A stretch of DNA of 64,000 nucleotides from a virus: IMG/VR virus record IMGVR_UViG_3300025687_000022. The stretch is one strand, 5' to 3'. The notes under the pieces are model-generated. The model was not told the DNA's origin, did no database searches, and worked only from the letters and a program-made list of their open reading frames with translations. Positions 40,041-49,844 of the stretch are shown piece by piece. Within the stretch, counting starts at the first letter, position 1. Every line of letters begins with the position of its first letter. The position numbers and the translations under genes are program-made.

Positions 40041-41089
40041 AATGAGTTCCTTTTAGATGCTTTTAGGGCTTCCATAAACTTCTCGTGTGCTGTGCCACTG
40101 CTATCAGTTGCAAAATATTCTTGCAATTCTGGTGGCAGCGACGAACACCAGCTGAGTTCGAGAATCGTGAGCTTTGTAAGCCCCTGGAGTGCATCTACGT
40201 TCTGCAGCGACTCGCAACCGGCGAGGTTCAGGGTCGTCAGGTTCGTAAGCCCTTGGAGCCCGTCTACGTTCTGCAGCGACGAGCACATGTTGAGGTAGAG
40301 GGTCGTCAGGTTCGTAAGCCCCTGGAGCCCATCCACGTTCTGCAGCGACTTGCACCCTTGGAGGTCGAGGGTCGTCAGGTTCGTAAGCCCCTGGAGCCCA
40401 TTTATGTTCTGCAGTGACTTGCACCCTCTGAGGTAGAGGGTCGCCAGGTTCATAAGCCCCTGGAGTGAATCTACGTTCTGCAGCGACGTGCACCCGCTGA
40501 GGTCGAGGGTCGTCAGGTTCGTGCAGCCCTCCAGCCCGTCTACGTTCTGCAGCGACGTGCACTCGTAGAGGTTGAGGGTCGTCAGGTTCGTGCAGCCCTT
40601 CAGCCCATTTACGTTCTGCAGCGACTCGCACCAGCCGAGGTTGAGGCGCGTCAGGTTCGTGCAAAACCTTAAAAAATCAACGTTTGTGATAAAATCATTA
40701 AGATAGAACACCAGATTCTCAATCTGAGCAAGCATATCTTTAAAATGATCAGATTTTTCAGCAAAATAGTTTAAAATCATCTCAAGGGTTTCATTTGGGA
40801 TCTTAAATCTTCGAATAGTTATTCTGCCGCCTGATCTAAAATCGATATAACTTGCAATTGTATCGATGAGTTGTTGATCTTCAAGAGCGTCAAGAATTGT
40901 AAGACCTTGTTCTACATTAGCAGAATCATCTGAAGATAGAAGCTTGATTATTTTTTGTGCCGGTGTAAGTTCTTCTTCTTCTTCTTCATAATCATCATCA
41001 TAATAATCATCATATTCGTCTTGCTCAACAAGAAGCTTAACAACTTCTTCTTTGATTATTTGCTTTAACTTAGTTTTAGTGATTTTCAT
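40037..41089 (-). CDS. Leader-bearing LRR protein 5 (type B, about 7 repeats)
   Basis: Same leader and 23-aa LRR. Confidence 0.9.
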   Translation of the reverse strand: MKITKTKLKQIIKEEVVKLLVEQDEYDDYYDDDYEEEEEELTPAQKIIKLLSSDDSANVEQGLTILDALEDQQLIDTIASYIDFRSGGRITIRRFKIPNETLEMILNYFAEKSDHFKDMLAQIENLVFYLNDFITNVDFLRFCTNLTRLNLGWCESLQNVNGLKGCTNLTTLNLYECTSLQNVDGLEGCTNLTTLDLSGCTSLQNVDSLQGLMNLATLYLRGCKSLQNINGLQGLTNLTTLDLQGCKSLQNVDGLQGLTNLTTLYLNMCSSLQNVDGLQGLTNLTTLNLAGCESLQNVDALQGLTKLTILELSWCSSLPPELQEYFATDSSGTAHEKFMEALKASKRNSL

Positions 41090-42255
41090 GGTTGGTTTCC
41101 TTTGGATGCGTTCAAAGCTTTCATAAACTTCTCATGCGCTGTGCTACTGTTATCAGATTCAAACAATTTTTGTAATCCTAATGGCAGCGACCTGCACCTG
41201 TAGAGGTCGAGGCTTTTCAGGTTCGTGCAGCCCTTCAGCCCGTCTACGTTCTGCAGTGACCTGCAATAGCGGAGGTCGAGGCTCGTCAGGTTCGTGCAGC
41301 CCTCCAGACCGTCTACGTTCTGCAGAGACTCGCAGAAGCGGAGGTCGAGGGTCGTCAGGTTCGTGCAGCCCTTCAGCCCGTCTACGTTTTCCAGCGAACT
41401 GCAATAGCGGAGGTCGAGGCTCGTCAGGTTCGTGCATTCCTTTAGCCCGTCTACGTTCTCCAGCGACTTGCACTCGTAGAGGGTGAGGGTCGTCAGGTTC
41501 GTGCATTCCTTTAACCCGTCTACGTTCTGCAGCGACCTGCACCAGCTGAGGTCGAGGGTCGTCAGATTCGTGCAGCCCTCCAGCACATCTACGTTCTCCA
41601 GCGACGTGCACCTGTTGAGGTCGAGTTTCGTCAGGTTCGGTAGGGACTTCAAGACACCGAGCGCCCCAAGAGACTGCAGCGCCGTGAACGTGCCTCCGCC
41701 GAGGTAGAGGGTCGTCAGGTTCGTAAGCCCCTGGAGCCCGTCTACGTTCTGCAGCTTCTCACACCAGTAGAGGTCGAGTTCCGTCAGGTTCGTACAGCCC
41801 GCCAACCCGTTTACGTTCTCCAGCGAATCGCACTCGTAGAGGCGCAGGATCGCCAGACTCGCACAGCCCTTCAGCCCGTCTATGTTCTGCAGTGACTTGC
41901 AAGAGCTAAGGTCTATTTGCTCTGTAATATTTATCTCTTTTAAACCTGACAAGAAGTCCACGTTTTGTATATCTGACAATGCAAACTGATCAATTACTTG
42001 TAGCTTTGCTATAATCTCATCATTTTCTGTTGGAGCGTTAACTTCAATTTCGTCTTTGACCAATGAATAAATCTCTACTCCTTGTGCAAAAGTGTCAGGA
42101 TCATTTGAAGATAGAAATCTTATTATTTTTTGTGCGTAAGTAAGTTCTTCCTCATCATCATAATCATCATAATCATCATATTCGTCTTGTTCAATAAGAA
42201 GCTTAACAACTTCTTCTTTGATTATTTGCTTTAACTTAGTTTTAGTGATTTTCAT
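41086..42255 (-). CDS. Leader-bearing LRR protein 6 (type A, about 10 repeats, one atypical)
   Basis: Same leader and 23-aa LRR. Confidence 0.9.
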   Translation of the reverse strand: MKITKTKLKQIIKEEVVKLLIEQDEYDDYDDYDDEEELTYAQKIIRFLSSNDPDTFAQGVEIYSLVKDEIEVNAPTENDEIIAKLQVIDQFALSDIQNVDFLSGLKEINITEQIDLSSCKSLQNIDGLKGCASLAILRLYECDSLENVNGLAGCTNLTELDLYWCEKLQNVDGLQGLTNLTTLYLGGGTFTALQSLGALGVLKSLPNLTKLDLNRCTSLENVDVLEGCTNLTTLDLSWCRSLQNVDGLKECTNLTTLTLYECKSLENVDGLKECTNLTSLDLRYCSSLENVDGLKGCTNLTTLDLRFCESLQNVDGLEGCTNLTSLDLRYCRSLQNVDGLKGCTNLKSLDLYRCRSLPLGLQKLFESDNSSTAHEKFMKALNASKGNQP

Positions 42256-43307
42256 GGTTGGTTTCCTTGCATAATAGCATTTCTTAGATCATTATTTATT
42301 GTTTTACACAGATACCTGCCTTTTAATCCAAGTCTTTGCCAATTTTGAAGCCAATAAGACTCTAACTCTTGAGGAATATATCCGCATCTTTCGCTAGCAC
42401 CAGTTGTAGGATTAATTTCTTTATTTCCGTTTGTTGAATCAAGAATGCGAAGATACATATCATAAATATTTGCTTTTTCTTGTTCGGAAGTATTAGCTTC
42501 TATCCAATCATAAAGGCTGTTGAAGTTGAGCAAATCTTCACGCGAAATAGGAGCCCCATAAATTTTTTGAAGCAGCTGTAGAGCCTCTGAAGGGCTGTGA
42601 GCGACCTTTTGACCTGTGCTTTTATCAAATACGCCCTCTACGTGGTTAAACGAATAGTTTTTGGCTCCAAACATAGACAAAACAAGCTGTGTTCTATGTA
42701 AGCCTTTTAACATTGGTTGTGTTTCAGAGGGAAAATCAGAAAAATAAGAAAAAGTAAGCCAATTTTTGTTTCCAAGCATCCAATCCATTTGAACACCGAT
42801 ATCTTGTTGCTCTCCAGCTTCATTATGTTGAGGAAAAAGAGTGAACATGTTGCCAGGACGCACTTTTTTTAAATCACTAATGATTAAAGTAGAGTTCTCG
42901 CCAATATATTTGGCAAGTTCGTATAAAAATGCTCTTAACTCAACTTGTTCTGGCGTTGCTGTTCTTGCACGCTTAACAAATCTTTGATAAGTTGCTTTCC
43001 AGTCGTCTGGGTTTAAATTCCAGCTTTGTAGAGCCTCATCAGTAACCTTTTTATCTGGAAAAAGATCAGAAACATCAACAGCAAGGTCAATATCGCCTGA
43101 TTTTGCTTTTTTGCCGACTGATCCAAGGGGCTCAAAAGTTTGAAATAAACTAGAATGCTGCGGAAACAGCCTTGATAGCTCTTCATAATACTTTTCAAGT
43201 GTTGGCTGAATATAACCAAGAGGAATTGGACCTACAGATTGGTCCTGAAAAACATTTCCACCTTCTGTAATCAAAAATCTCCTCCAATTTTCAAATAACT
43301 TTTGCAT
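42252..43307 (-). CDS. Leader-bearing Pol-beta-superfamily nucleotidyltransferase
   Basis: Leader MQKLFENWRRFLITE; LGSVGKKAKSGDIDLAVD (hGS...DxD) with a third Asp in VQMDW. Confidence 0.75.
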   Translation of the reverse strand: MQKLFENWRRFLITEGGNVFQDQSVGPIPLGYIQPTLEKYYEELSRLFPQHSSLFQTFEPLGSVGKKAKSGDIDLAVDVSDLFPDKKVTDEALQSWNLNPDDWKATYQRFVKRARTATPEQVELRAFLYELAKYIGENSTLIISDLKKVRPGNMFTLFPQHNEAGEQQDIGVQMDWMLGNKNWLTFSYFSDFPSETQPMLKGLHRTQLVLSMFGAKNYSFNHVEGVFDKSTGQKVAHSPSEALQLLQKIYGAPISREDLLNFNSLYDWIEANTSEQEKANIYDMYLRILDSTNGNKEINPTTGASERCGYIPQELESYWLQNWQRLGLKGRYLCKTINNDLRNAIMQGNQP

Positions 43308-43349
43308 TTCTATAATAATCCTAAAATTAAATCAACCAAAGCTTCTACA

Positions 43350-43904
43350 TCATCTGGATTGGGCTTTATGTTCAATATTTTCTTGTAAATATTCATCATA
43401 ATCAGCAGAATCTTCAAAAGCTTCTGTTGCCGTCTTGATATTTTCTGGTTTTAAAGCTATTTTCCACTCTTTTCCATCTCTGCGAGCACCATACATAGCA
43501 GAACTACCAGGAATTTCTGGATCTGAATAAAAAACAATCCCTGGTGGTATTTGCATATCACTTACAGACACTATTAGTAGATCGTACTCTTGTGGATCGC
43601 CAGAAGATATACCCCCTATGATCGCATCAATTTGTCCAGACCGCGAAAATGCTTGACCAAGTGCTTCGTTAAAGTCTTTAAAAAAATAAATACGATATTC
43701 TATCTCGCCTTTTTCATTTCGATAGAATTTATCTTTATCTTTAGGCTTATTATAAGATTTTAAAGTGTCAGCACGCACTTTTGTAACGTGATAAATCGGG
43801 GATCCGACCATATCTATATTACCAAGCCGTTCTCCAAAATTTGAGAACGGCTCTTCAACGCCTTCTTTTAAGAAAATTCTCCAAGAATCATAAATTTTTT
43901 TCAT
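43350..43904 (-). CDS. Leader-bearing protein with ART/Tpt1-like fold features
   Basis: Likely start MKKIYDSWRIFLKE at 43904; IYHVT...RIYFF...FYSDPE...KPENI pattern. Confidence 0.45.
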   Translation of the reverse strand: MKKIYDSWRIFLKEGVEEPFSNFGERLGNIDMVGSPIYHVTKVRADTLKSYNKPKDKDKFYRNEKGEIEYRIYFFKDFNEALGQAFSRSGQIDAIIGGISSGDPQEYDLLIVSVSDMQIPPGIVFYSDPEIPGSSAMYGARRDGKEWKIALKPENIKTATEAFEDSADYDEYLQENIEHKAQSR

Positions 43905-44370
43905 TTTTAAGTCTCTCAAGTTCTTTTTCTAATAAATAGACATTAAAAGTTGTTTGGGAAAGACTTTTATCACTCTTTAATTGTTCTATTGAAGCCCATT
44001 TTGAATCGTTATGCTCAACAAAACCAGATTCTGGATTTTTCTTGAATTTTATTTGACCTGACCAATCGCGAGTAAAGTAATAATAACGAATATAATCTTT
44101 AAATTCTTCTTTTGAAGCGTATGTTACGTTATTTTGATCGCATTTTAAGTTTGTTTCTTCTTTTAACTCACGAACAACGGCTTCCTCAAAAGAAGAATCG
44201 TCTAAATCTACGTGACCTCCTGGCAAATCCCAATAATTTTTCATTATTGGTGCCGTATTAGTTCGTTTTATGATCAAAATCTTGTCATTTTTGTCTAAAC
44301 AAACCAAGCTAACAACATCATCACGACCTTTTTTCATTTTGATCATGATTTTTATCATTTCAGACAACAT
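43888..44370 (-). CDS. NUDIX hydrolase
   Basis: WDLPGGHVDLDDSSFEEAVVRELKEETNL Nudix box. Confidence 0.9.
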   Translation of the reverse strand: MLSEMIKIMIKMKKGRDDVVSLVCLDKNDKILIIKRTNTAPIMKNYWDLPGGHVDLDDSSFEEAVVRELKEETNLKCDQNNVTYASKEEFKDYIRYYYFTRDWSGQIKFKKNPESGFVEHNDSKWASIEQLKSDKSLSQTTFNVYLLEKELERLKNEKNL

Positions 44371-44371
44371 T

Positions 44372-45115
44372 TTATCTGCAAACTCTCATTTTTAAATCTG
44401 TCATTTGGCAAAAATCAACCAAAGCGTTGTCTAAATCAAGAACTTGTATTGGTTGAACCCAAATAATGTCCCCAACGACCTGTAAATTTGGTTGCCATTC
44501 GACATCGACACCCCAAAGAATACCAACTAAGTCGCCATTATCGTCATAGACGACAGATCCAGACGATCCAAACCAGCCGTAACTATGCATAATTATCTGA
44601 ATTCCGGTATCCCCCGTCGTTTCATAGCCAGCAACACGACCTCTAAAGGTCATAATTTCGTGAGTTGAGGGAAAACCAGAGTAAGTTATTTCCTCTCCTA
44701 CGTTCATTTGCTTTTTGCGTGGAGAATATCTAATCGGTTTTGCATTTTGCAAGTCAGCAACAGGATAAACAATAGCGATATCATAAACTGGATCTGCATA
44801 AATAAGCACCCCAGGCATAGCTTCATTACCATGAGTGATCAAAAATAGTTTTCCGATCTCATTTCCAGTTACATGCTTTGCTGTTAAAATAAAATTTGAG
44901 CCTTTATACCTGATCAGGGAACCAGATCCGTGACCTTGCCCAATACTTAAGACTCTAACCGCAGCATTTCGCACTTGCATTTCAACTTTAGACGAAATTT
45001 CTGATACAGGAAAGACCCCTTCAATTAGATTTTCGTCAGAAAATGGCAACTGAAGGGGCTCAGAGTGAGCCTGAGTTCCAAAAAGCAAGCAAAAAGCAAA
45101 AAGTAATTTTTTCAT
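44372..45115 (-). CDS. Trypsin-like serine protease with signal peptide
   Basis: Signal peptide MKKLLFAFCLLFGTQAHS; catalytic triad LTAKHV, YDIA and GSSGS. Confidence 0.85.
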   Translation of the reverse strand: MKKLLFAFCLLFGTQAHSEPLQLPFSDENLIEGVFPVSEISSKVEMQVRNAAVRVLSIGQGHGSGSLIRYKGSNFILTAKHVTGNEIGKLFLITHGNEAMPGVLIYADPVYDIAIVYPVADLQNAKPIRYSPRKKQMNVGEEITYSGFPSTHEIMTFRGRVAGYETTGDTGIQIIMHSYGWFGSSGSVVYDDNGDLVGILWGVDVEWQPNLQVVGDIIWVQPIQVLDLDNALVDFCQMTDLKMRVCR

Positions 45116-45141
45116 TTATTGTTTCTCCCACAATAAATAGA

Positions 45142-45612
45142 TTACAGGGCTCTTATTTGCGTTTCCATCCAAGCATTTGCCTGAGAATGTGTATCAAAAA
45201 GAGGGGAAAATCCAGATAGATACCTTAGAGTTGCCCCCTCTACCGCAGCCCATTGCCACTTCCAGCTACTCTCAGAACAAAATACAAGAGCAGAAGACAC
45301 GGAAGACATTTTAGATGCTTTAATATTCATAGGCGAAGCATGCATTTGAAGAATCTGGTTGCACTTCTTAAGGTAAACAGGGTCTTGCTGCGGTGTATCC
45401 TGCTTATTTTCTTTAATTTCTTCTCTTTCTTGCGGAAGATCTGCGCGGATAATGGTATATTTTGAACGACGCTGTTTTGTAGTAAACTCTTGATAAACGT
45501 TAAGCTTAAAAAAAGTTTCTGCGTTATTATCATCTTCGATCTCAAAAGAAGTCATTGGTGACTTTGCGCGCTGCCCAGACTTAAAAATCTTGTATACGTT
45601 CCATGTACTCAT
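45142..45612 (-). CDS. Hypothetical protein
   Basis: ORF track. Confidence 0.55.
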   Translation of the reverse strand: MSTWNVYKIFKSGQRAKSPMTSFEIEDDNNAETFFKLNVYQEFTTKQRRSKYTIIRADLPQEREEIKENKQDTPQQDPVYLKKCNQILQMHASPMNIKASKMSSVSSALVFCSESSWKWQWAAVEGATLRYLSGFSPLFDTHSQANAWMETQIRAL

Positions 45613-45943
45613 TTTGCACTCCTTCGATTGATTGCCATTTTAATATACCAAGAATGATCGAAGTCTGCAAGTGTTTTTCTTCAATAAATCGATAAAAAGC
45701 AAAATTTGTTCGTTTTTCTAAGGGACCATACCAGATAATCTCCCAAAAAACATGATCTTCAAATTTCATGCTTTCTTTATGTTCGCATGACAAAAGAAGA
45801 CCAATATTACCTCCGATTATATCAATAATAATATCTCCGTTTGACAGCTTTATTTTTTTTGCTTCTTTTTCTAGCGCTTCTCTTTCCAATTTTTTACAAT
45901 AATAACCATTGATTAGTAGAAATAGAATTGTAATATTTTTCAA
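45581..45943 (-). CDS. Hypothetical protein
   Basis: ORF track; start uncertain. Confidence 0.5.
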   Translation of the reverse strand: MKNITILFLLINGYYCKKLEREALEKEAKKIKLSNGDIIIDIIGGNIGLLLSCEHKESMKFEDHVFWEIIWYGPLEKRTNFAFYRFIEEKHLQTSIILGILKWQSIEGVQNEYMERIQDF

Positions 45944-46124
45944 TGGAAATAAAATCTGTTTGTTCTTGGGCTGGCAGTTTTAAAGGAAGCGGTTGATTAT
46001 CTCCAACAACAGTAGAAGGAATTAGTTTTTGATATTCTGTTCTTTCGTGGTTGTTGATTAACAATAAGTTGAAAAAGTAAAATAAAATACTCATTGTTAT
46101 AAATGTTGCTATAAATGTTCTCAT
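45894..46124 (-). CDS. Small membrane-anchored protein
   Basis: N-terminal hydrophobic helix; AGGA RBS. Confidence 0.5.
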   Translation of the reverse strand: MRTFIATFITMSILFYFFNLLLINNHERTEYQKLIPSTVVGDNQPLPLKLPAQEQTDFISIEKYYNSISTNQWLLL

Positions 46125-46144
46125 TTTATATTTTCCTGCCTTGG

Positions 46145-48070
46145 CTAAACTTTGATCCTATCAATAATATATGGATGGTGATAAGATAGATCTTTATATA
46201 GTTTTTTCATTACTTTTTTAGTAATGTCACCAATTTCTTCTTTAGTTTCTTTGGAAGATAAAGATTTAGACAACTCATCTTTAAGAATTTTTTCAATTTC
46301 TTTTTTAAGAACTTTATCAAGTTCTTTTGCTATTAAATCTTTAATATCAGATTTGTCACTTCTTGTTAGTTCTTCGTTGATTTGTTTATTTTCTGTGGCT
46401 AGTCTTTGTAAGCGAGTAATATAATTTTGCTCTTCAATTTCATCAAGCGTCTCTTGAAATGATTCATTTCTTAAACTTTGTTTTATAATTTTTTGCTTTA
46501 AGTCGGGTACAGATTCAAATATTTCTCTTCTCATATATTCTTGGACACTGATATAGTTGACAAAATCTGTAACTAAATCTTCTGCGGTTAAATCAAAGTC
46601 AAAATCTGTAACCATTTTAAAAATCATGTCAGGTTTTGAATTTAAATATTGATTAGTTATCATTTTAGCCATTACATCTGGAATATAAGCTCTTTCTCTG
46701 CCATTGTATTTTATTATCCAATGGCGTGCGTTCTCGTAGTGTTCTTCTTCCAAGGCTTTTTGCATCAGCTTCTCGATGTACATTTGTAAAATATATTCTA
46801 ACCAAGATTGTATTCTTATACGAGTTAGATCAATCATGAAGTTTTCTAAATTACCACCATGTTTAATAGCGATTATAACCTTGTATAATTCCTCAGCAAT
46901 AGGATTGCTACTAATGTCTTCTGAAGGGGAATTTAAAAATTCTTGGACTTCGAAAACTGCACCGAGCATGAACTCCGCAGCTTCTATTTCATCTGCTGTG
47001 ATGTTCCCTGATTCTTCTAAGGGGGCAAAAACGTCGTTAATTGTTTGCTCTAAATGAGATAAGAACGCTTGTGGGTCGCTATTTTGTTTAGCAAATTCAA
47101 CTAATTGGCTTATTTGATCGTACAAGTTTTCTCCTGATACCGAACTTATACTTGAGCCAGCCTCTTCGTATGATAATTTTATAAATTCTCCTATAATTTG
47201 TGGAAGTAGTTCTTCAATACTATTTCCAGTATAAGATTCTTTTATTAACTTTCTATGTTCGTATAATTCGTGGTTGTCGATAAAATATCGCAATTCTGCT
47301 TCCATACGAGTAATTCGATCGTTTGTTCTTGCGACTTCTTTCAATTGGGAAACAGTCACCCCTGGTTTAAAAAAGTCTTTTTCTGATAAAAATATAAAAA
47401 ATTCCTCTATAAAATTAGTTAACTCTTCTTGAGAGGGCTCAGTAATACCTTGCACAATATTGTAAGAAAATTGCGCACCATAATTTGGTGTTCGCATGTA
47501 TTCTTTTATTAAAATGTGATATTCATCTTTAAATTCAGGTTTTACAATTTCATCATGATCTTCAAGACGCATACAAATAAGAAGAAGTTCCATACTAAAA
47601 TTGTCCGATAGCTGTGTTATTACAAGATCCTGCTCATCTTTGTCTTTGATTGTATAAAGAAAAACCAAATTTTCAATTGGATGCTCACTATACTGAAGAT
47701 CCATCACACCTGTTTCTTCAAAGGCGGCTTTTTCGCCCATTCTTAAAGTAAGTTTGATGTTCTCAAGAAAGCGCCGGTTGGAACCTGTAGCTTCTGGGTA
47801 ATCAAAACGAGTATAAGGTGGGACTCCGAATTCAAAAGACACAACTGTATGTAACTCGTCTGACAAAGCTTCTTCCGCAAAGAATGCAACATCATATTTC
47901 AGGGTTTTAGAAAGAAAAGCGGGAATACGCCTGAATAGCTCTCTAACTATTGCTCGAATTTCTGCGGTAGTTTCTGGTATGTCTTTTAATAATTCTTGTT
48001 GGTATAAATGTTGTAGATTTCTTTTTATTTCTTCTACAATTTCAGGTTTTACAATTTCAGGTTTAGGCAT
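46145..48070 (-). CDS. Large acidic helical hypothetical protein
   Basis: 641 aa; C-terminal leader-like helices (IKDLIAKEL, IEKILKDEL). Confidence 0.65.
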   Translation of the reverse strand: MPKPEIVKPEIVEEIKRNLQHLYQQELLKDIPETTAEIRAIVRELFRRIPAFLSKTLKYDVAFFAEEALSDELHTVVSFEFGVPPYTRFDYPEATGSNRRFLENIKLTLRMGEKAAFEETGVMDLQYSEHPIENLVFLYTIKDKDEQDLVITQLSDNFSMELLLICMRLEDHDEIVKPEFKDEYHILIKEYMRTPNYGAQFSYNIVQGITEPSQEELTNFIEEFFIFLSEKDFFKPGVTVSQLKEVARTNDRITRMEAELRYFIDNHELYEHRKLIKESYTGNSIEELLPQIIGEFIKLSYEEAGSSISSVSGENLYDQISQLVEFAKQNSDPQAFLSHLEQTINDVFAPLEESGNITADEIEAAEFMLGAVFEVQEFLNSPSEDISSNPIAEELYKVIIAIKHGGNLENFMIDLTRIRIQSWLEYILQMYIEKLMQKALEEEHYENARHWIIKYNGRERAYIPDVMAKMITNQYLNSKPDMIFKMVTDFDFDLTAEDLVTDFVNYISVQEYMRREIFESVPDLKQKIIKQSLRNESFQETLDEIEEQNYITRLQRLATENKQINEELTRSDKSDIKDLIAKELDKVLKKEIEKILKDELSKSLSSKETKEEIGDITKKVMKKLYKDLSYHHPYIIDRIKV

Positions 48071-48101
48071 AAATTTATCCCTTTTTACAGTAGATAGTAT
48101 C

Positions 48102-48866
48102 TTATCTTTTTGAAAGAGCTTTTTTTAGTCTTTCATTAATAACATTACGATGGTGCCAACGTGATTTTTTGGTTATGTTTTTCTTTAAGATTTTAGATAC
48201 TCTTTCGTTCATTTCTTTGATAAGATCTGCGTGTTCAACCTCATCTAATTCTTCAGTTTCTTCAGTTTCTTCAGAATTATCAGGTTCAAATGGATATTCT
48301 GAGTCAAAGAAAGGAATAACAAATTTACGAGACAACCTTTGAACCGGAGGTCCAGCGCTGGGACCACCTTTTGGATAAGCCATAGTATACATTCTGGAAC
48401 CCCCAGGCTCTTGTGAATAATAATCAGATCTAAAATCAGCTTTATCGCCAGTTAAAACAACATCTCTTCTCTGTATTGTTTCGCCGGTATCACAAAGAAT
48501 ATATTCGTATATCATTTTACCGTCTTGCATAGAACCCCAAATAACAGCTTCTTGTCCGAATTCTTTGCCAAATTGTAAAATCTCATCACGAGCAACATTT
48601 GGAATAATAAAAGATCTTTCTTCATTTCCAAATTTACCACGGATTCGCCTGTAGCCAATCTTCATACTTTTTAGCTTGTCTTCAAACTGCCTTAGAAGTG
48701 CGTCGTTCTCTTGTTTTGATAATTCTTCGGCATTTGGGTTTTCTGAGGTCATGATACCGACAGATTGTATGGTTGGTCTTTGCCCTGTTATAATTCTAAT
48801 AATGTCTCTAAATTGAGATTCTTCATTTAATAAAAACTTTTTCCATTCTGTTATTATTTTTTTCAC
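48102..48866 (-). CDS. Leader-bearing DUF3293-like protein
   Basis: Leader MKKIITEWKKFLLNEE; GIMTSENP...EN...GKFGNEERSFII...FGQEAVIW. Confidence 0.65.
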   Translation of the reverse strand: MKKIITEWKKFLLNEESQFRDIIRIITGQRPTIQSVGIMTSENPNAEELSKQENDALLRQFEDKLKSMKIGYRRIRGKFGNEERSFIIPNVARDEILQFGKEFGQEAVIWGSMQDGKMIYEYILCDTGETIQRRDVVLTGDKADFRSDYYSQEPGGSRMYTMAYPKGGPSAGPPVQRLSRKFVIPFFDSEYPFEPDNSEETEETEELDEVEHADLIKEMNERVSKILKKNITKKSRWHHRNVINERLKKALSKR

Positions 48867-48884
48867 ATCATGCTCCTTTTAAAA

Positions 48885-48914
48885 TAATATAACTTTATTA
48901 TATCGCTGTGTCAA
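48885..48914 (-). promoter_or_regulatory. Sigma70-type promoter
   Basis: Minus strand TTGACA-N17-TATATT followed by AGGAG. Confidence 0.65.
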
Positions 48915-48950
48915 TAAAATTTACTTTTCTATAAGTTCTTGAATTGAGCC

Positions 48951-49844
48951 TTAGTTTCCTTTGGATGCGTTTAAAGCTTTCATAAACTGTTCGTGTGCTG
49001 TGTCGTATTCATCAGATTTAAACAAATCTTGTAATCCTAATGGCAGTGACGCGCACCTGCGGAGGTCGAGGGTCGTCAGGTTCGTGCATTCCTTCAGTAC
49101 GTCTACGTTCTGCAGCGACTTGCACCAGTTGAGCTTGAGCGTCTCCAGGTTTGTGCATTCCTTTAACCCGTCTACGTTCTGCAGCGACTCGCACCAGTAG
49201 AGGTAGAGGTACGTCAGGTTCGTACAGCCCTCCAACCCGTCTACGTTCTGCAGCGAATCGCACTCCCAGAGGTTGAGGGTCGTCAGGTTCGTACAGCCCT
49301 TCAGTCCGTCTACGTTCTGCAGCGACTCGCACCCCCAGAGTTCGAGGCTCGTCAGGTTCGTGCAAAACTTTAAAAAATCAACGTTTGTCATAAATTTATC
49401 TTTAATATTAAGACTCTCAATCTTAGCAAGCATATATTGAACACGAGAAGATTTTTCAGCAAAATAGTTTAAAATCATCCAAAATGTTACATTTGAGACT
49501 TCAAAACCTTGAATAGTTATTAAACTACTTTTTGAGTCGAAAGTGAAATGACTTGCAATTGTATTGATGAGTTGTTGATATTCGAGTTTGAGCCGTTGAT
49601 ATTCGAGTTGTGAAACTCCAGGTTGTGGATTTTCAAGGGCGTCAAGAATTCCAAGACCTAGATTTACATATTCAGGATCAGGTGAAGATAGAAATCTGAT
49701 TATTTTTTGTGCTTCAGTAAGTTCTTCTTCTTCTTCTTCTTCTTCTTCTTCTTCTTCATCATAATCATCATATTCGTCTTGTTCAATAAGAAGCTTAACA
49801 ACTTCTTCTTTGATGATTTGCTTTTTAGTTTTAGTTATTTTCAT
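48951..49844 (-). CDS. Leader-bearing LRR protein 7 (A/B hybrid N-cap, about 4 repeats)
   Basis: Leader lacks one residue (MKITKTKKQIIKEE); 12-Glu run; LRR. Confidence 0.9.
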   Translation of the reverse strand: MKITKTKKQIIKEEVVKLLIEQDEYDDYDEEEEEEEEEEEELTEAQKIIRFLSSPDPEYVNLGLGILDALENPQPGVSQLEYQRLKLEYQQLINTIASHFTFDSKSSLITIQGFEVSNVTFWMILNYFAEKSSRVQYMLAKIESLNIKDKFMTNVDFLKFCTNLTSLELWGCESLQNVDGLKGCTNLTTLNLWECDSLQNVDGLEGCTNLTYLYLYWCESLQNVDGLKECTNLETLKLNWCKSLQNVDVLKECTNLTTLDLRRCASLPLGLQDLFKSDEYDTAHEQFMKALNASKGN

